DNA from: Actinomycetes bacterium
Lineage (GTDB): Bacteria > Actinomycetota > Acidimicrobiia > Acidimicrobiales > SZUA-35
NCBI GenBank assembly: GCA_024280015.1
Contig: JAJRQY010000069.1
Span: forward strand, 800-64,799
Direction of reading: 5' to 3'
DNA length: 64,000 bases
The first letter of the stretch is position 1; every line of letters starts with the position of its first letter. The position numbers and the translations under genes were made by a program. Below are positions 18,365 to 28,035 of this stretch, in pieces. The notes under the pieces were generated by a model. That model was not told the DNA's origin, searched no databases, and saw only the letters and a list, made by a program, of their open reading frames with translations.

Positions 18365-19570
18365 CTACGACAGATAGGACAGGGCCATGGCGGCATGACT
18401 GGCAATACCAACAGCCATGGCTTCCTCATCCAGAATCATGTGGTTGGAATGGCAGGCCGGGGCAGCGTCTGGGCTGACACCGGGAGGGCAGACCCCAATG
18501 CTGGCCATACAGCCGGGAACCTTCTGCAGGATGTAGCTCCAGTCTTCTGCCGCCATGATCGGGGCATCCATCAGATGAGTCTCACCGATTGTCTCCGAAA
18601 GAACGGAGACCGCCATAGCGGTGAACTCTGGGTCATTGATGGTGGGCGGATAGCCCTTCTTGATGGTGACTTCGACCGTGCAATTGTGGGCGGCGGCAAC
18701 ACCTTGGGCCACTCGTTCAAGTGAATCATGAAGCGACTCTCGGGACTCGGCGGAGACCGTGCGAAGCGTGCCAAGCAGATTCACGTCCTCGGGGATGACG
18801 TTGTAGGCGGTGCCACCATGGATGGAAGCAATCGTCAATACGGCGGGCACGAACACGTCAACAGTGCGGGTGATGTGGGATTGCAAAGCCAGAACGATCT
18901 CGCAGGCCACCGGCACCGGGTCAACCGCGATGTGAGGCATGGACGCATGGCCACCTGATCCAACCACTCGGATAGCGATCTCATCGGCCGCTGCCAGCAT
19001 CGGGCCAGGCTTGGTTGCCAGTTCACCCGAGGTCATGTTGGGGGCGATGTGTAAGGCGAAGGCACCGTCGACCTTAGGTGACTCCAAGAGTCCTTCCTTG
19101 ATGGCGAACTCGGCTCCGTGATAGCCCTCTTCGCCGGGCTGGAAGAAGAACTTGACGTTGCCCTTCAGCTCATCTCGACGGGCCGCAAGCAGATGTGCTG
19201 CTCCGGCAAGCATGGCGACATGGGCATCATGGCCACAAGCATGCATCACGCCGGGGTAGTCGCTGGCGAAGGGGAGGCCAGTGTCTTCGGGCATGGGTAA
19301 CGCGTCCATGTCGCCACGAAGCAGCAGTGTCGGCCCCTCGCTGGCCCCCCGCAGGGTGGCGACCACCATGGAGGTCTCCTTGCCGGTGACGATTTCGAGG
19401 TCAAGATCGGCGAGCGAAGCCAGAATCTTCTCTTGGGTTTTGGGGAGGTCCAGGCCGATCTCTGGTTCGGCGTGAATCCGCCGGCGCAGATCGACAATGT
19501 CGGGCAGCAGATCGCTGGCCTCAGCCAGAAGGGCAGGTCCATCAAGAGCAGCTTGTTCAGTCATCACCAT
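18365..19570 (-). CDS. M20-family amidohydrolase (hippurate hydrolase-like)
   Basis: LRGDMDALP, MHACGHDAH, FQPGEEG, GGHASMPH. Confidence 0.95.
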   Translation of the reverse strand: MVMTEQAALDGPALLAEASDLLPDIVDLRRRIHAEPEIGLDLPKTQEKILASLADLDLEIVTGKETSMVVATLRGASEGPTLLLRGDMDALPMPEDTGLPFASDYPGVMHACGHDAHVAMLAGAAHLLAARRDELKGNVKFFFQPGEEGYHGAEFAIKEGLLESPKVDGAFALHIAPNMTSGELATKPGPMLAAADEIAIRVVGSGGHASMPHIAVDPVPVACEIVLALQSHITRTVDVFVPAVLTIASIHGGTAYNVIPEDVNLLGTLRTVSAESRESLHDSLERVAQGVAAAHNCTVEVTIKKGYPPTINDPEFTAMAVSVLSETIGETHLMDAPIMAAEDWSYILQKVPGCMASIGVCPPGVSPDAAPACHSNHMILDEEAMAVGIASHAAMALSYLS

Positions 19571-19650
19571 GTCCTCAGTCTGTCAGGAATCAGTGGTGCT
19601 AACGCAATCTCGGACCAGACACCGGCTGGTAACTCTGTCATCATGAGGAG

Positions 19651-20016
19651 GTGAACGAAGCTCTCATCATCTTGTTGATCCTCGCCTTCATCGTTGCTTA
19701 CCTCCTGCTGAACCATTGGGTCGCCATGCGCGCCCAACGGAAGGGACGGAGCTACAACGCTTTCCTTCTTATTGCCGTAGTCATCAATCCGGTAGTAGCC
19801 CTAGTCATCTTGGAATTCTTGGGGGACAACAGTGCAAACGAGGGTGACCTTGTACGCACCTTGCAGAAGACCAAGCTTGATGACGGAACCATGATGCCTC
19901 GCAAGTACGCCAGCAAGGTCTTGGCGGTCAAGATCATCGACCAGACCGCAGTCGTTCAGATGGACGGTCCAACCGGCACGGTCTGGGTCGCTCGCGAGAA
20001 TGTCCAGAAGATCTAG
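19651..20016 (+). CDS. Hypothetical membrane protein
   Basis: Strong RBS GAGGAG; two N-terminal TM segments. Confidence 0.65.
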   Translation: MNEALIILLILAFIVAYLLLNHWVAMRAQRKGRSYNAFLLIAVVINPVVALVILEFLGDNSANEGDLVRTLQKTKLDDGTMMPRKYASKVLAVKIIDQTAVVQMDGPTGTVWVARENVQKI

Positions 20017-20113
20017 CCGGAGCGGGGCAGTTTCCTGTTCTTGAGATGGTTGCCAATTCGATCAATCAGGCAATATGGGTGACTACGAATGAATTAGTGA
20101 CGAACCTAGAGAC

Positions 20114-20563
20114 TCATCCCAACTCAAGGGCGAAATGGGTGTCGATGCCATCGGCTCCGGTGACGAGGAAGCCGGTTGCCTCATAGAGGGCGATGGCCTC
20201 AAGCCAGGGCGTGTCGGTACTAACAACCACACTCGTCGATCCAGCCTTGCGGGCAGCGACCAGCAGTTCGGCCACGAGGGATTTTGCGATGCCCTGGCGA
20301 CGCCAGTCCCGGTCAACCGATATTCGCAAGATACGAGACACCCCTCGGCCTTCGGGGACCAGGGCACCGGTTCCGACAACACTGCCGTCGGGCACCTCGG
20401 CCACGAGAAAAGTACGGCCATTCGCCGTGTAGTTGGCCTCGATGTTGTGTAGGTCAGGATTTGAGGTCGGGTCATAGTCCTCACCCCAACGATCACGCAT
20501 GCCCGCCTGAATCACAGCTTCAGCCGCTTCTTGATCAGCCGGAGTGAACTCACGAATCCGCAT
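20114..20563 (-). CDS. GNAT-family N-acetyltransferase
   Basis: Motif A SVDRDWRRQGIAKSL and AIALYEATGF; start MRIREF. Confidence 0.9.
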   Translation of the reverse strand: MRIREFTPADQEAAEAVIQAGMRDRWGEDYDPTSNPDLHNIEANYTANGRTFLVAEVPDGSVVGTGALVPEGRGVSRILRISVDRDWRRQGIAKSLVAELLVAARKAGSTSVVVSTDTPWLEAIALYEATGFLVTGADGIDTHFALELG

Positions 20564-20639
20564 CTGCTCAGTTTCCCATCGTGCTCCGGCGACACCCCTG
20601 ACATCTACGGTAGGCGCGGTTGGGGCTACGGTTGCATCA

Positions 20640-21560
20640 ATGCAGTGGCCGCTCCTCAGAACTCTTGTCGTCGCGGTAGGGGTCACCTTCGGTGCCGCCG
20701 CCTGTGGCAGCAACGATGCCACACCCTCACCCCTGGAAAACGAGGGAGCTTCGGCCGCGGTTGAGACAGAATTTGAACAAGCGCCAACAACGGTCACCAG
20801 AACTATCGACAGCGCTACTCCTTCTTCATCAACAACAGCCCCGCAACCGGAGGCCCTCCGCGGCCAGCTCAAGGTTGAAGTCATCAGCGACATACCCCAC
20901 GACGCGTTCTCCTACACACAGGGTCTGCTCTTTGAGAACGGGCGCTTGTTGGAGAGCCAGGGTCGGCGGGGCGAATCAGCACGCTCATGGATCGACACCG
21001 AAGACGGCTCAATCCAATCATCGGTTCACGTGGATGATCCCGAACTATTCGCCGAAGGCATCGCCCTGGTTGACGGTGACTTCATCCAACTCACCTGGCA
21101 AGCGGGTCGTGCCCTGGTCGGCGACGGCGACTCACTCGCCGCCTCCGACGAGTTCTCCTACACCGGTGAGGGCTGGGGTCTTTGCTTCGACGGCGAAAAG
21201 CTCATCCGCAGTGACGGCACCAACACCCTGACCTTCCATGATCCCGGCACATTCGAAACCACCGGCTCAGTCCAGGTGACGGCCGAAGATGGGCAGCCAA
21301 TTGTCAACCTGAACGAGCTGGAGTGTGTTGGCGACCAGGTCATCGCCAATGTCTGGGGCTGGGAACAGTTGATGGTGATTGATGCCGCGACCGGCAAATT
21401 GGACGCGGTTATTGACGCCGCAACACTTCGGCCCAAAGGGGTGCCACTGGACCTTGATCACGCCCTCAACGGGGTGGCCTATGACCCGGCTACTGACACG
21501 TACTACCTCACGGGCAAGCTCTGGCCAACGATCTTCCAGGTTCGACTGGTGCCCTCCTAG
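20640..21560 (+). CDS. Glutaminyl-peptide cyclotransferase, lipoprotein, paralog 2
   Basis: Lipobox AAAC; YTQGL, FAEGI, GEGWG, LNELE, TGKLWP. Confidence 0.92.
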   Translation: MQWPLLRTLVVAVGVTFGAAACGSNDATPSPLENEGASAAVETEFEQAPTTVTRTIDSATPSSSTTAPQPEALRGQLKVEVISDIPHDAFSYTQGLLFENGRLLESQGRRGESARSWIDTEDGSIQSSVHVDDPELFAEGIALVDGDFIQLTWQAGRALVGDGDSLAASDEFSYTGEGWGLCFDGEKLIRSDGTNTLTFHDPGTFETTGSVQVTAEDGQPIVNLNELECVGDQVIANVWGWEQLMVIDAATGKLDAVIDAATLRPKGVPLDLDHALNGVAYDPATDTYYLTGKLWPTIFQVRLVPS

Positions 21561-21569
21561 ACTGCCTGG

Positions 21570-23276
21570 ATCGAACCGTCACCCGAACTCCTGGCCGAAC
21601 AGGAACAGCTTCGCCATGTCCAGGCCGTTCATGGCGCCCATCTGGACCGGGCGCGTCGCCAGGCAGAGTCCCTTGCTTCGGAGGCAGCCGAAGCGTCCGA
21701 GGAGGGCATCCGCGACATCGTAGACGAGGACGCCGAAGCCGATACTGCGGTCCGGGCCGCACTGGTTCGTCAAACTTCTGCTCGAGCCATGATCGGCTTT
21801 CGTCGAGCGGCCGAACTGGAAGCAATGGGCCAGGCCTTGACCTTTGGCCACACCACCGATGAGGACGGGACCCGCACTTCGGTCGGCCGCCTCACGGTGC
21901 TGGATGAAGACGATGTGCTCTTGATCGACTGGCGGGCGGCCGCCGCCATGCCCTTCTACCGCGCAACCCCACTGGAGCGGCTGGGGGTCAACCACCGCCG
22001 CCATCTCCACTACGCCGACAATGAACTGGTCGACTACTCCGACGAACTCTTCGAGCTCAGCCATCTCGGTGACCCCGCCGAAACCGGCAATGAGGCTCCA
22101 GCATTCTCCGCTAAGGACCTGCGAGGTGAAGCCGCAATCCTGGCTGCGGTAACCGCTCCGACCCAAGCCCAAATGCGTTCAGTGGTGGCCACCATCCAAG
22201 CCGAGCAAGATGCCGTTGTCCGAGCTCCCAGCAATGGCACCCTCGTCGTACAAGGCGCACCGGGAACCGGAAAAACCGTGGTCGCTCTGCATCGGGCCGC
22301 CTACCTGCTCTATGACCAGCGAGACATACTCTCCGAATCCGGTGTTCTCATCGTCGGACCAAGTAGTGAATTCCTGACCTATATCGCCGGGGTGCTCCCC
22401 TCCTTGGGTGAGACCGGGGTGGTGTCTGTTACTGCCGAGAAGCTCTACCCCGGCATCCTGATTGGCAAGCCCGAAGACCCAGCCGTAGCCAAAATCAAGG
22501 GCCAGGCCAAAATGGCTCCCCTTCTGGCCAACGCAGTTCAGGATCGGCAACGCCCACCCAAGACCGACCTCCGGGTCTGGTACGGGGCCAACCGAGTGCA
22601 CATGGACCAGCCAACCTTGATGGCCCTCTTTGACCGGGCCAGGCGGGAACCAAATCACAATGCCGGAGCAAATGCCTTCCGCCGAGAACTCATCGAAGCC
22701 CTGTCCGCCATTGTCCACGATCCTGCGTTCTCCAACCTGGATGACGCCAGGGACAGCTTTCGCTCCGACAATCTGGTCGAAGAGTTCCTCCTGCGCCACT
22801 GGCCTCCACTCACTCCCGAGCAAGCCCTCAACGACCTGTTGGGATCCCGAGCCCTACTCAAGCTTGCGGCCCGACACACCGGGTTCGGCGAAACAGAAGT
22901 TCTTACCCTCCAACGCGACCGGGTCAGCGAACGAGCCCTGGATCAGATGCGCTGGACCAACGCCGATGTACCTCTCCTGGACGAGCTGCTTGACCTGGTC
23001 GGCGGACCGCTCGGTGGCCAGAGCGAAGAAGATCGAACTCGAGAACGAGACGAGATCGACGAATTCGAGCTGGCCATGCTGGACGATGACGAGGACGAGC
23101 TCGGTCCAGTCCAAGCTGTCCCGCAGCCAGGCGCCGAGTACGCCCAATCAGTCCTCGACAGCTCCGAGGCACGAGCACAAGACCACCCAGACCTCCTAGA
23201 CAATCCCGGCGTTCTTCGCCTCGATGACCCAGACTTTGATCGCTATGGCCGACGAGATACCGGATACTGGGCATGA
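21570..23276 (+). CDS. helD: HelD-like SF1 helicase / RNA polymerase recycling factor, N-terminal part
   Basis: LIDWRA...PFYRAT, MRSVVATIQAEQD, Walker A GAPGTGKT, ALHRAAYLLY; frame open and coding-like from 21561. Confidence 0.85.
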   Translation: MEPSPELLAEQEQLRHVQAVHGAHLDRARRQAESLASEAAEASEEGIRDIVDEDAEADTAVRAALVRQTSARAMIGFRRAAELEAMGQALTFGHTTDEDGTRTSVGRLTVLDEDDVLLIDWRAAAAMPFYRATPLERLGVNHRRHLHYADNELVDYSDELFELSHLGDPAETGNEAPAFSAKDLRGEAAILAAVTAPTQAQMRSVVATIQAEQDAVVRAPSNGTLVVQGAPGTGKTVVALHRAAYLLYDQRDILSESGVLIVGPSSEFLTYIAGVLPSLGETGVVSVTAEKLYPGILIGKPEDPAVAKIKGQAKMAPLLANAVQDRQRPPKTDLRVWYGANRVHMDQPTLMALFDRARREPNHNAGANAFRRELIEALSAIVHDPAFSNLDDARDSFRSDNLVEEFLLRHWPPLTPEQALNDLLGSRALLKLAARHTGFGETEVLTLQRDRVSERALDQMRWTNADVPLLDELLDLVGGPLGGQSEEDRTRERDEIDEFELAMLDDDEDELGPVQAVPQPGAEYAQSVLDSSEARAQDHPDLLDNPGVLRLDDPDFDRYGRRDTGYWA

Positions 23277-24037
23277 GCGATCGCATCATCCGGGCATCCG
23301 ACAACAATGCCCCCCTCCTGGACGGCGACGGCAACCCAATCTCCGAGCTCGAACTGGACCAGGTCGATGCCGCCATTGACCGTGCCGCCAGTGTGGCCGA
23401 ACTGGCTGCCGGCCAACGATCATGGCGCTTTGGTCATGTCATAGTCGACGAAGCCCAAGACCTAACGCCCATGCAGTGGCGCATGTTGGCTCGTCGAACC
23501 CGCGGCGATTCAATGACCGTTGTCGGCGACCTGGCCCAACGATCCATTGGCGAACCGGGCCGCTGGGCCGATCATCTTCCACCATCAATCAAGAATGTCA
23601 CCTACAAGGAACTGACAATCAACTATCGGGCACCAGCCGAAGTCAACGACTTGGCGACGAGAGTTTTGAGCGAGCTCGCACCCGAGCTAACTGCACCTCA
23701 ATCCATTCGCTCGGTCGGCCACAAACCCGAAGCCATTCCGGTTCGATCAGTGGCGCAGGAACTGGCCTCAATTGTCGAACAGGCACGGGCCAGCCTGGAG
23801 TCGGGAACTCTGGTGGTCATTGGATTGGACCTTCCACCAGAAATTGAGCACCTCACACCCTGGCAAGCCAAGGGCCTGGAGTTCGATTCGGTCATCATTA
23901 TTGAGCCAGCCAGAATCTTGGAAGAGGAGTACGGACTGAGCCTGCTCTATGTGGCAATAACTCGGTCAACCTCGCACCTCACCATTGTGCACCAACGACC
24001 GCTTCCAGCGGTGTTGGCCGACTCGTTCAACCCCTGA
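23273..24037 (+). CDS. helD: HelD-like helicase, C-terminal part
   Basis: Walker B VIVDEAQDL, VGDLAQ, LTINYR, KGLEFD, LYVAITR. Confidence 0.85.
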   Translation: MSDRIIRASDNNAPLLDGDGNPISELELDQVDAAIDRAASVAELAAGQRSWRFGHVIVDEAQDLTPMQWRMLARRTRGDSMTVVGDLAQRSIGEPGRWADHLPPSIKNVTYKELTINYRAPAEVNDLATRVLSELAPELTAPQSIRSVGHKPEAIPVRSVAQELASIVEQARASLESGTLVVIGLDLPPEIEHLTPWQAKGLEFDSVIIIEPARILEEEYGLSLLYVAITRSTSHLTIVHQRPLPAVLADSFNP

Positions 24038-24113
24038 TCATCCAGCCTCATTTGCTCACCACCATCCTGGCCGAACTTCATCTATCGGGGCCAAACGGCT
24101 AACGTTCCAACTC

Positions 24114-24707
24114 ATGCGCTGTCTGGTCATTCACGCCCACCCCAATCCCGAATCCTTCAGTGCCGCCTTACGAGACGCAACGGTCACCGGTCTCCAGTCT
24201 GGTGGGCATGAGGTTGACGTCTTGGACCTGTACGAATTGGGCTATCGGGCAAAGATGAGCGACCAGGAGCATCGTGACTACTACACCATTGCTTCTGAGC
24301 ATCCCGACCCTCAAGTAGCCAGCCACATCGATCTAGTCCGTCAAGCTGACACCCTGGTCTTTGTCTACCCAACCTGGTGGAGTGGCTTTCCCGCCATCAT
24401 GAAAGCCTGGTTGGACCGAACAATGCTTCCCGGTGTCTCCTTCATCAAGAACGATGACACGGGCAAGATCAAACCAAATCTTGACAACGTTCGACATCTT
24501 GTTTCGGTCACGACAAGTGGTGCTTCACCCCTGATGATGCGGGTGGTCGGTGACGCAGGACGACGAACCGTGCACCGAACCCTTCGCCTTGCCTGCCACT
24601 GGCGCTGCAAGTCACACCGCTTCGCCCTGGCTTCCATCGACGCCACCACTCCCGAAGAACGAGCTGAGTTCTTGGGTGAGGTATCCACGGCCATGAGCCA
24701 GCTATGA
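24114..24707 (+). CDS. NAD(P)H-dependent quinone oxidoreductase (flavodoxin_2 family)
   Basis: HAHPNPESF, YPTWWSGFPAIMKAWLDR. Confidence 0.9.
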   Translation: MRCLVIHAHPNPESFSAALRDATVTGLQSGGHEVDVLDLYELGYRAKMSDQEHRDYYTIASEHPDPQVASHIDLVRQADTLVFVYPTWWSGFPAIMKAWLDRTMLPGVSFIKNDDTGKIKPNLDNVRHLVSVTTSGASPLMMRVVGDAGRRTVHRTLRLACHWRCKSHRFALASIDATTPEERAEFLGEVSTAMSQL

Positions 24708-25396
24708 AGCAACAAGCGCAAGACCTTGTTGGCCGTGCCACTGGGGCTGTGAAGCAGAGACGAGGCTTGGGGCAAGGCGCGAAGAACAGCTCAATGGAAA
24801 CACTGGTTGTCCACTACCACCCCCGGGAGGACTCTCTGGGTCGAGCGGCAGCGGCCCGAGTGATTGCTGGACTGACCAAAGCCGGAGCGCCGGTTCGGGT
24901 TCTCAATCTGGCTGCCGATTTCGATCCGGTCTTGACCTTGGAAGAGTGGAACCGTTTCCACGCCTCAAAATCTGACCATTCGGTCCATGCCAATGAGACC
25001 GGCGAACTGGATGAGCACTTCGAGGCCTTGCAATGGGCCACCAGACTGATTCTGGTTCATCCCACCTGGCACGGTGGCCAGCCAGCCGAAATCAAGGGCT
25101 GGTTTGATCGAGTCTGGATGAACGGTATTGCGTGGGAGCTTCCCGAAGGCAAACAGAATCTGCGGGGCCTTCTCAAGAACATCCGGCGTATTGAAATTGT
25201 CACCACTCACGGGTCGTCCCGCTTGATAAACACCCTGCAAGGTGACCCAGGTCGGATCACGGTATTTCGCAATCTGCGATTGATGTGTCATCCACTGTGT
25301 CGAACCCGCTGGAACGCGCTCTATGAGGTCGATCGCAAGCCCCCCGAAGAAATCTCCACCTGGCTGGACAGTATCGAAGAACGTTTTGGACAATAG
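24704..25396 (+). CDS. NAD(P)H-dependent quinone oxidoreductase, paralog
   Basis: HYHPREDS, HPTWHGGQPAEIKGWFDRV; ATGA overlap with the previous gene. Confidence 0.88.
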   Translation: MKQQAQDLVGRATGAVKQRRGLGQGAKNSSMETLVVHYHPREDSLGRAAAARVIAGLTKAGAPVRVLNLAADFDPVLTLEEWNRFHASKSDHSVHANETGELDEHFEALQWATRLILVHPTWHGGQPAEIKGWFDRVWMNGIAWELPEGKQNLRGLLKNIRRIEIVTTHGSSRLINTLQGDPGRITVFRNLRLMCHPLCRTRWNALYEVDRKPPEEISTWLDSIEERFGQ

Positions 25397-26336
25397 CCAC
25401 CCGGCCTTTACCAGCCCCATGAAGGCCGTTGCTGGCACAATGCCGCACGGAGACGGTTGGGCTTTTGAGCTGAAATGGGACGGGATGCGGCTCCATGCCA
25501 GCATTGCTGACGAAGTCGTCGAACTACGATCTGGGTCAGGCCGGGTGATCACATCCAGCTTTCCTGAGCTCGAACCGCTTGGTCGTCACCTTGGTATCGA
25601 TGCGGTCCTAGACGGCGAGGTCGTTGTTTTTGACGCTGATCGGCCCAGCTTCTCTCGGCTGCAACAACGGATGCACACCTTGCAACCCTCGGCCGCCCTC
25701 CTCCAAGCGCACCCCGTTGTCTTCTTGATCTTTGACGTATTGCGCATTGGCGGCCAGGAAACTATTGCCCTTCCTTACCTTGACCGTCGACGACTCCTTA
25801 GCGGGCTGATTGACCAGAAACCTGGTTGGCAAGTTCCGCCGCACGCAGAGGCGAACGGTGAAGCGCTGCTGGACCTAGCCAGGGTGCGAAACTTGGAAGG
25901 AATCGTGGCTAAGCACGTCACCAGCGCCTATCGACCCGATACACGGAGCCCAAGCTGGATCAAGATCAAGATCCGTCGTCGACAAGAATTCGTCATTGGA
26001 GGCTGGCTGCCGGGAACAGGCTCACTGGAGGGTTCGCTAGGTTCAGTTCTGGTCGGGGTCAATGGTCCCGATGGCTTCACCTTTGCCGGAGCAGTCGGAT
26101 CTGGGCTAACCGATCCAGAACGAGTCAAACTCCTCGGCCTGGTGAAGACCACGGCCGGCTGCCCATTTGAATCGACTCCGAGCCTAACGAAGAAGCCAAC
26201 CTGGGTAGACCCCAAGGTTGTCATCGAGGTCTCCTTCGCCGAATGGGAAGTCGGTCATCATTTGCGACATCCCAGCTATGACGGGATCCGGACAGACAAG
26301 GACCCAGACACCGTCTTGCGTGACATCTTCACGTGA
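25386..26336 (+). CDS. ligD: ATP-dependent DNA ligase, LigD ligase-domain type
   Basis: ELKWDGMR, LDGEVV, FDVL, LEGIVAK, WIKIK, LRHPSY.G.R.DK. Confidence 0.88.
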   Translation: MDNSHPAFTSPMKAVAGTMPHGDGWAFELKWDGMRLHASIADEVVELRSGSGRVITSSFPELEPLGRHLGIDAVLDGEVVVFDADRPSFSRLQQRMHTLQPSAALLQAHPVVFLIFDVLRIGGQETIALPYLDRRRLLSGLIDQKPGWQVPPHAEANGEALLDLARVRNLEGIVAKHVTSAYRPDTRSPSWIKIKIRRRQEFVIGGWLPGTGSLEGSLGSVLVGVNGPDGFTFAGAVGSGLTDPERVKLLGLVKTTAGCPFESTPSLTKKPTWVDPKVVIEVSFAEWEVGHHLRHPSYDGIRTDKDPDTVLRDIFT

Positions 26337-26396
26337 CGCGCTTTGGCGACTGCGCCTCGGACGTTCTTTGGTGACGCCTCCTCTAAGGTATGGGTC

Positions 26397-26759
26397 ATGG
26401 ACCGGAGGTTTGACGATCAGATGCGGGTGACTTTCCCCGCGTCCAGTGGCTTCGCCGCTGTCGGGAGAGTGGCTGCAGCTGGTCTCGCCTTTCGGCTTGG
26501 CTTCGATGTCGCCCAAGTCGAAAGCCTCCGCCTGGCGGTTGAAGAAGCAACTACAGCCATGAGCGGGTCAGGTTCCATTACCTTGACTGGCTCCTGGAAT
26601 GATTCTTGCCTCCGTTTGGAATTGGTGAACCCAGCAATGAAGCTGGACAAGACCCAGATTCGTTCCCTAGAACAAACGATGGACGCGCTGGAGACCGATA
26701 CGACCGTAGGCCCAACGGGAATCACCATCCAGATCGGTGATCTACTGGAGGACTGCTAG
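26397..26759 (+). CDS. Degenerate anti-sigma factor (RsbW/HATPase-like)
   Basis: AAGLAFRLGFDVAQVESLRLAVEEA; lacks recognizable G boxes. Confidence 0.7.
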   Translation: MDRRFDDQMRVTFPASSGFAAVGRVAAAGLAFRLGFDVAQVESLRLAVEEATTAMSGSGSITLTGSWNDSCLRLELVNPAMKLDKTQIRSLEQTMDALETDTTVGPTGITIQIGDLLEDC

Positions 26760-27187
26760 CCGGAGCTGCCGAAACCGGCTTCACCGCGGTCATCGGGTGC
26801 TTCGGGCAACTGGGTGGTGGCGACCAAAGCGAAACTTGGAGCGGGCAGAACGAGAAGCTGGGCGATGCGGTCGCCCCGTTCGACCGTGTAAGGCTCACTG
26901 GATGTGTTCAACAAGATCACCTTGATCTCACCTCGGTATCCCGAGTCGACGAGACCCGGGGCGTTCAACACGGTAATCCCATGATTCAGCGCCAAACCTG
27001 ACCGGGGAAGCACCAGTCCACAGGCCTGTTCTGGGACGGCAATGGCGAAACCCGTCGGCACAAGAGCTCGCTCACCAGGGCCAATGGTGACTCCTTGTCG
27101 GGCCGGCAAATCTGCTGCCGCGTCGCCGGCTCGCATCTGGGCAGGAGGTGCAAGGTCTGGGTCAAGGGCGAGTAAAGGTACATCCAT
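26756..27187 (-). CDS. dut: dUTP diphosphatase
   Basis: AAADL, PRSGLA, GLVDSGYRGE, GDRIAQL, RGEAGFGSSG. Confidence 0.96.
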   Translation of the reverse strand: MDVPLLALDPDLAPPAQMRAGDAAADLPARQGVTIGPGERALVPTGFAIAVPEQACGLVLPRSGLALNHGITVLNAPGLVDSGYRGEIKVILLNTSSEPYTVERGDRIAQLLVLPAPSFALVATTQLPEAPDDRGEAGFGSSG

Positions 27188-27224
27188 CAGACACATGACC
27201 CTAGCGAGGGGTAGTGTGTCACCC

Positions 27225-27794
27225 GTGCTGGCCTGGATGGACTTAGAAATGACCGGACTCGATCCGGCAAAACATGTGATCGTTGAGATCGCAACCCTGA
27301 TTACTGACGACGATCTGAACATCGTCGCTGAGGGTCCCGAACTGGTCGTTCACGCCACCGACGAAGAACTTGCTGGCATGGAAGACATTGTCGTCCAAAT
27401 GCACACCAAGTCTGGCTTGCTTGAGCAGATCAAGGCCTCGACCCTGACCCTGGAAGAAGCGGGAGCACAGACTCTGGCCTTTCTACAGGAACATCTGGAA
27501 GAAGGCGCTGTCCCCCTCTGCGGAAACTCCATTGGCATGGATCGTCGTTTCCTGAGTGTCTACCTTCCCGAGATCGAGGAATACCTGCACTACCGGTCAA
27601 TCGATGTTTCCACCATCAAGGAACTCAGCCGTCGCTGGTACCCCAAAGCCTTAGATCGGGCACCGGGCAAGGCCGCAGCCCATCGTGCCTTGGACGACAT
27701 CAGCGAAAGCATCAAGGAACTCCGGCACTACCGCAACACAGTCTTCCTCAGCCCCGAGCCAGCACCAGAAGCAGCTTCCAAAACGGATTCCTAG
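27225..27794 (+). CDS. orn: Oligoribonuclease
   Basis: WMDLEMTGLD, PLCGNSIGMDRRFL, HYRSIDVSTIKEL, HRALDDI.ES. Confidence 0.96.
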   Translation: MLAWMDLEMTGLDPAKHVIVEIATLITDDDLNIVAEGPELVVHATDEELAGMEDIVVQMHTKSGLLEQIKASTLTLEEAGAQTLAFLQEHLEEGAVPLCGNSIGMDRRFLSVYLPEIEEYLHYRSIDVSTIKELSRRWYPKALDRAPGKAAAHRALDDISESIKELRHYRNTVFLSPEPAPEAASKTDS

Positions 27795-28035
27795 AAGAAT
27801 TCTTCTCCCCGTTTGAAGCGGCGAGATCCGGCTATTCAAGGTGATCCCAAGCACCGATCGAGAGCTGCGACCTACTTCTAGTGAGATTTTCGTGGCTTAT
27901 TCGGTTGACATAAGGCTTGATCTCTAGTTCCGTGTACTGAACGGTGACGGGTTCATTCGCGTCAACGAAATTTCAAAACCGCTCTATGGAGCGGTACGCC
28001 ATCCAGCTACTCACCGAGGAAGGGAGACGCCAACC

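Noticed and set aside
21400-21790. Rifamycin-associated element (RAE) upstream of helD, which would suggest HelR
   Set aside because: No RAE-like palindrome seen, and there is essentially no intergenic space.
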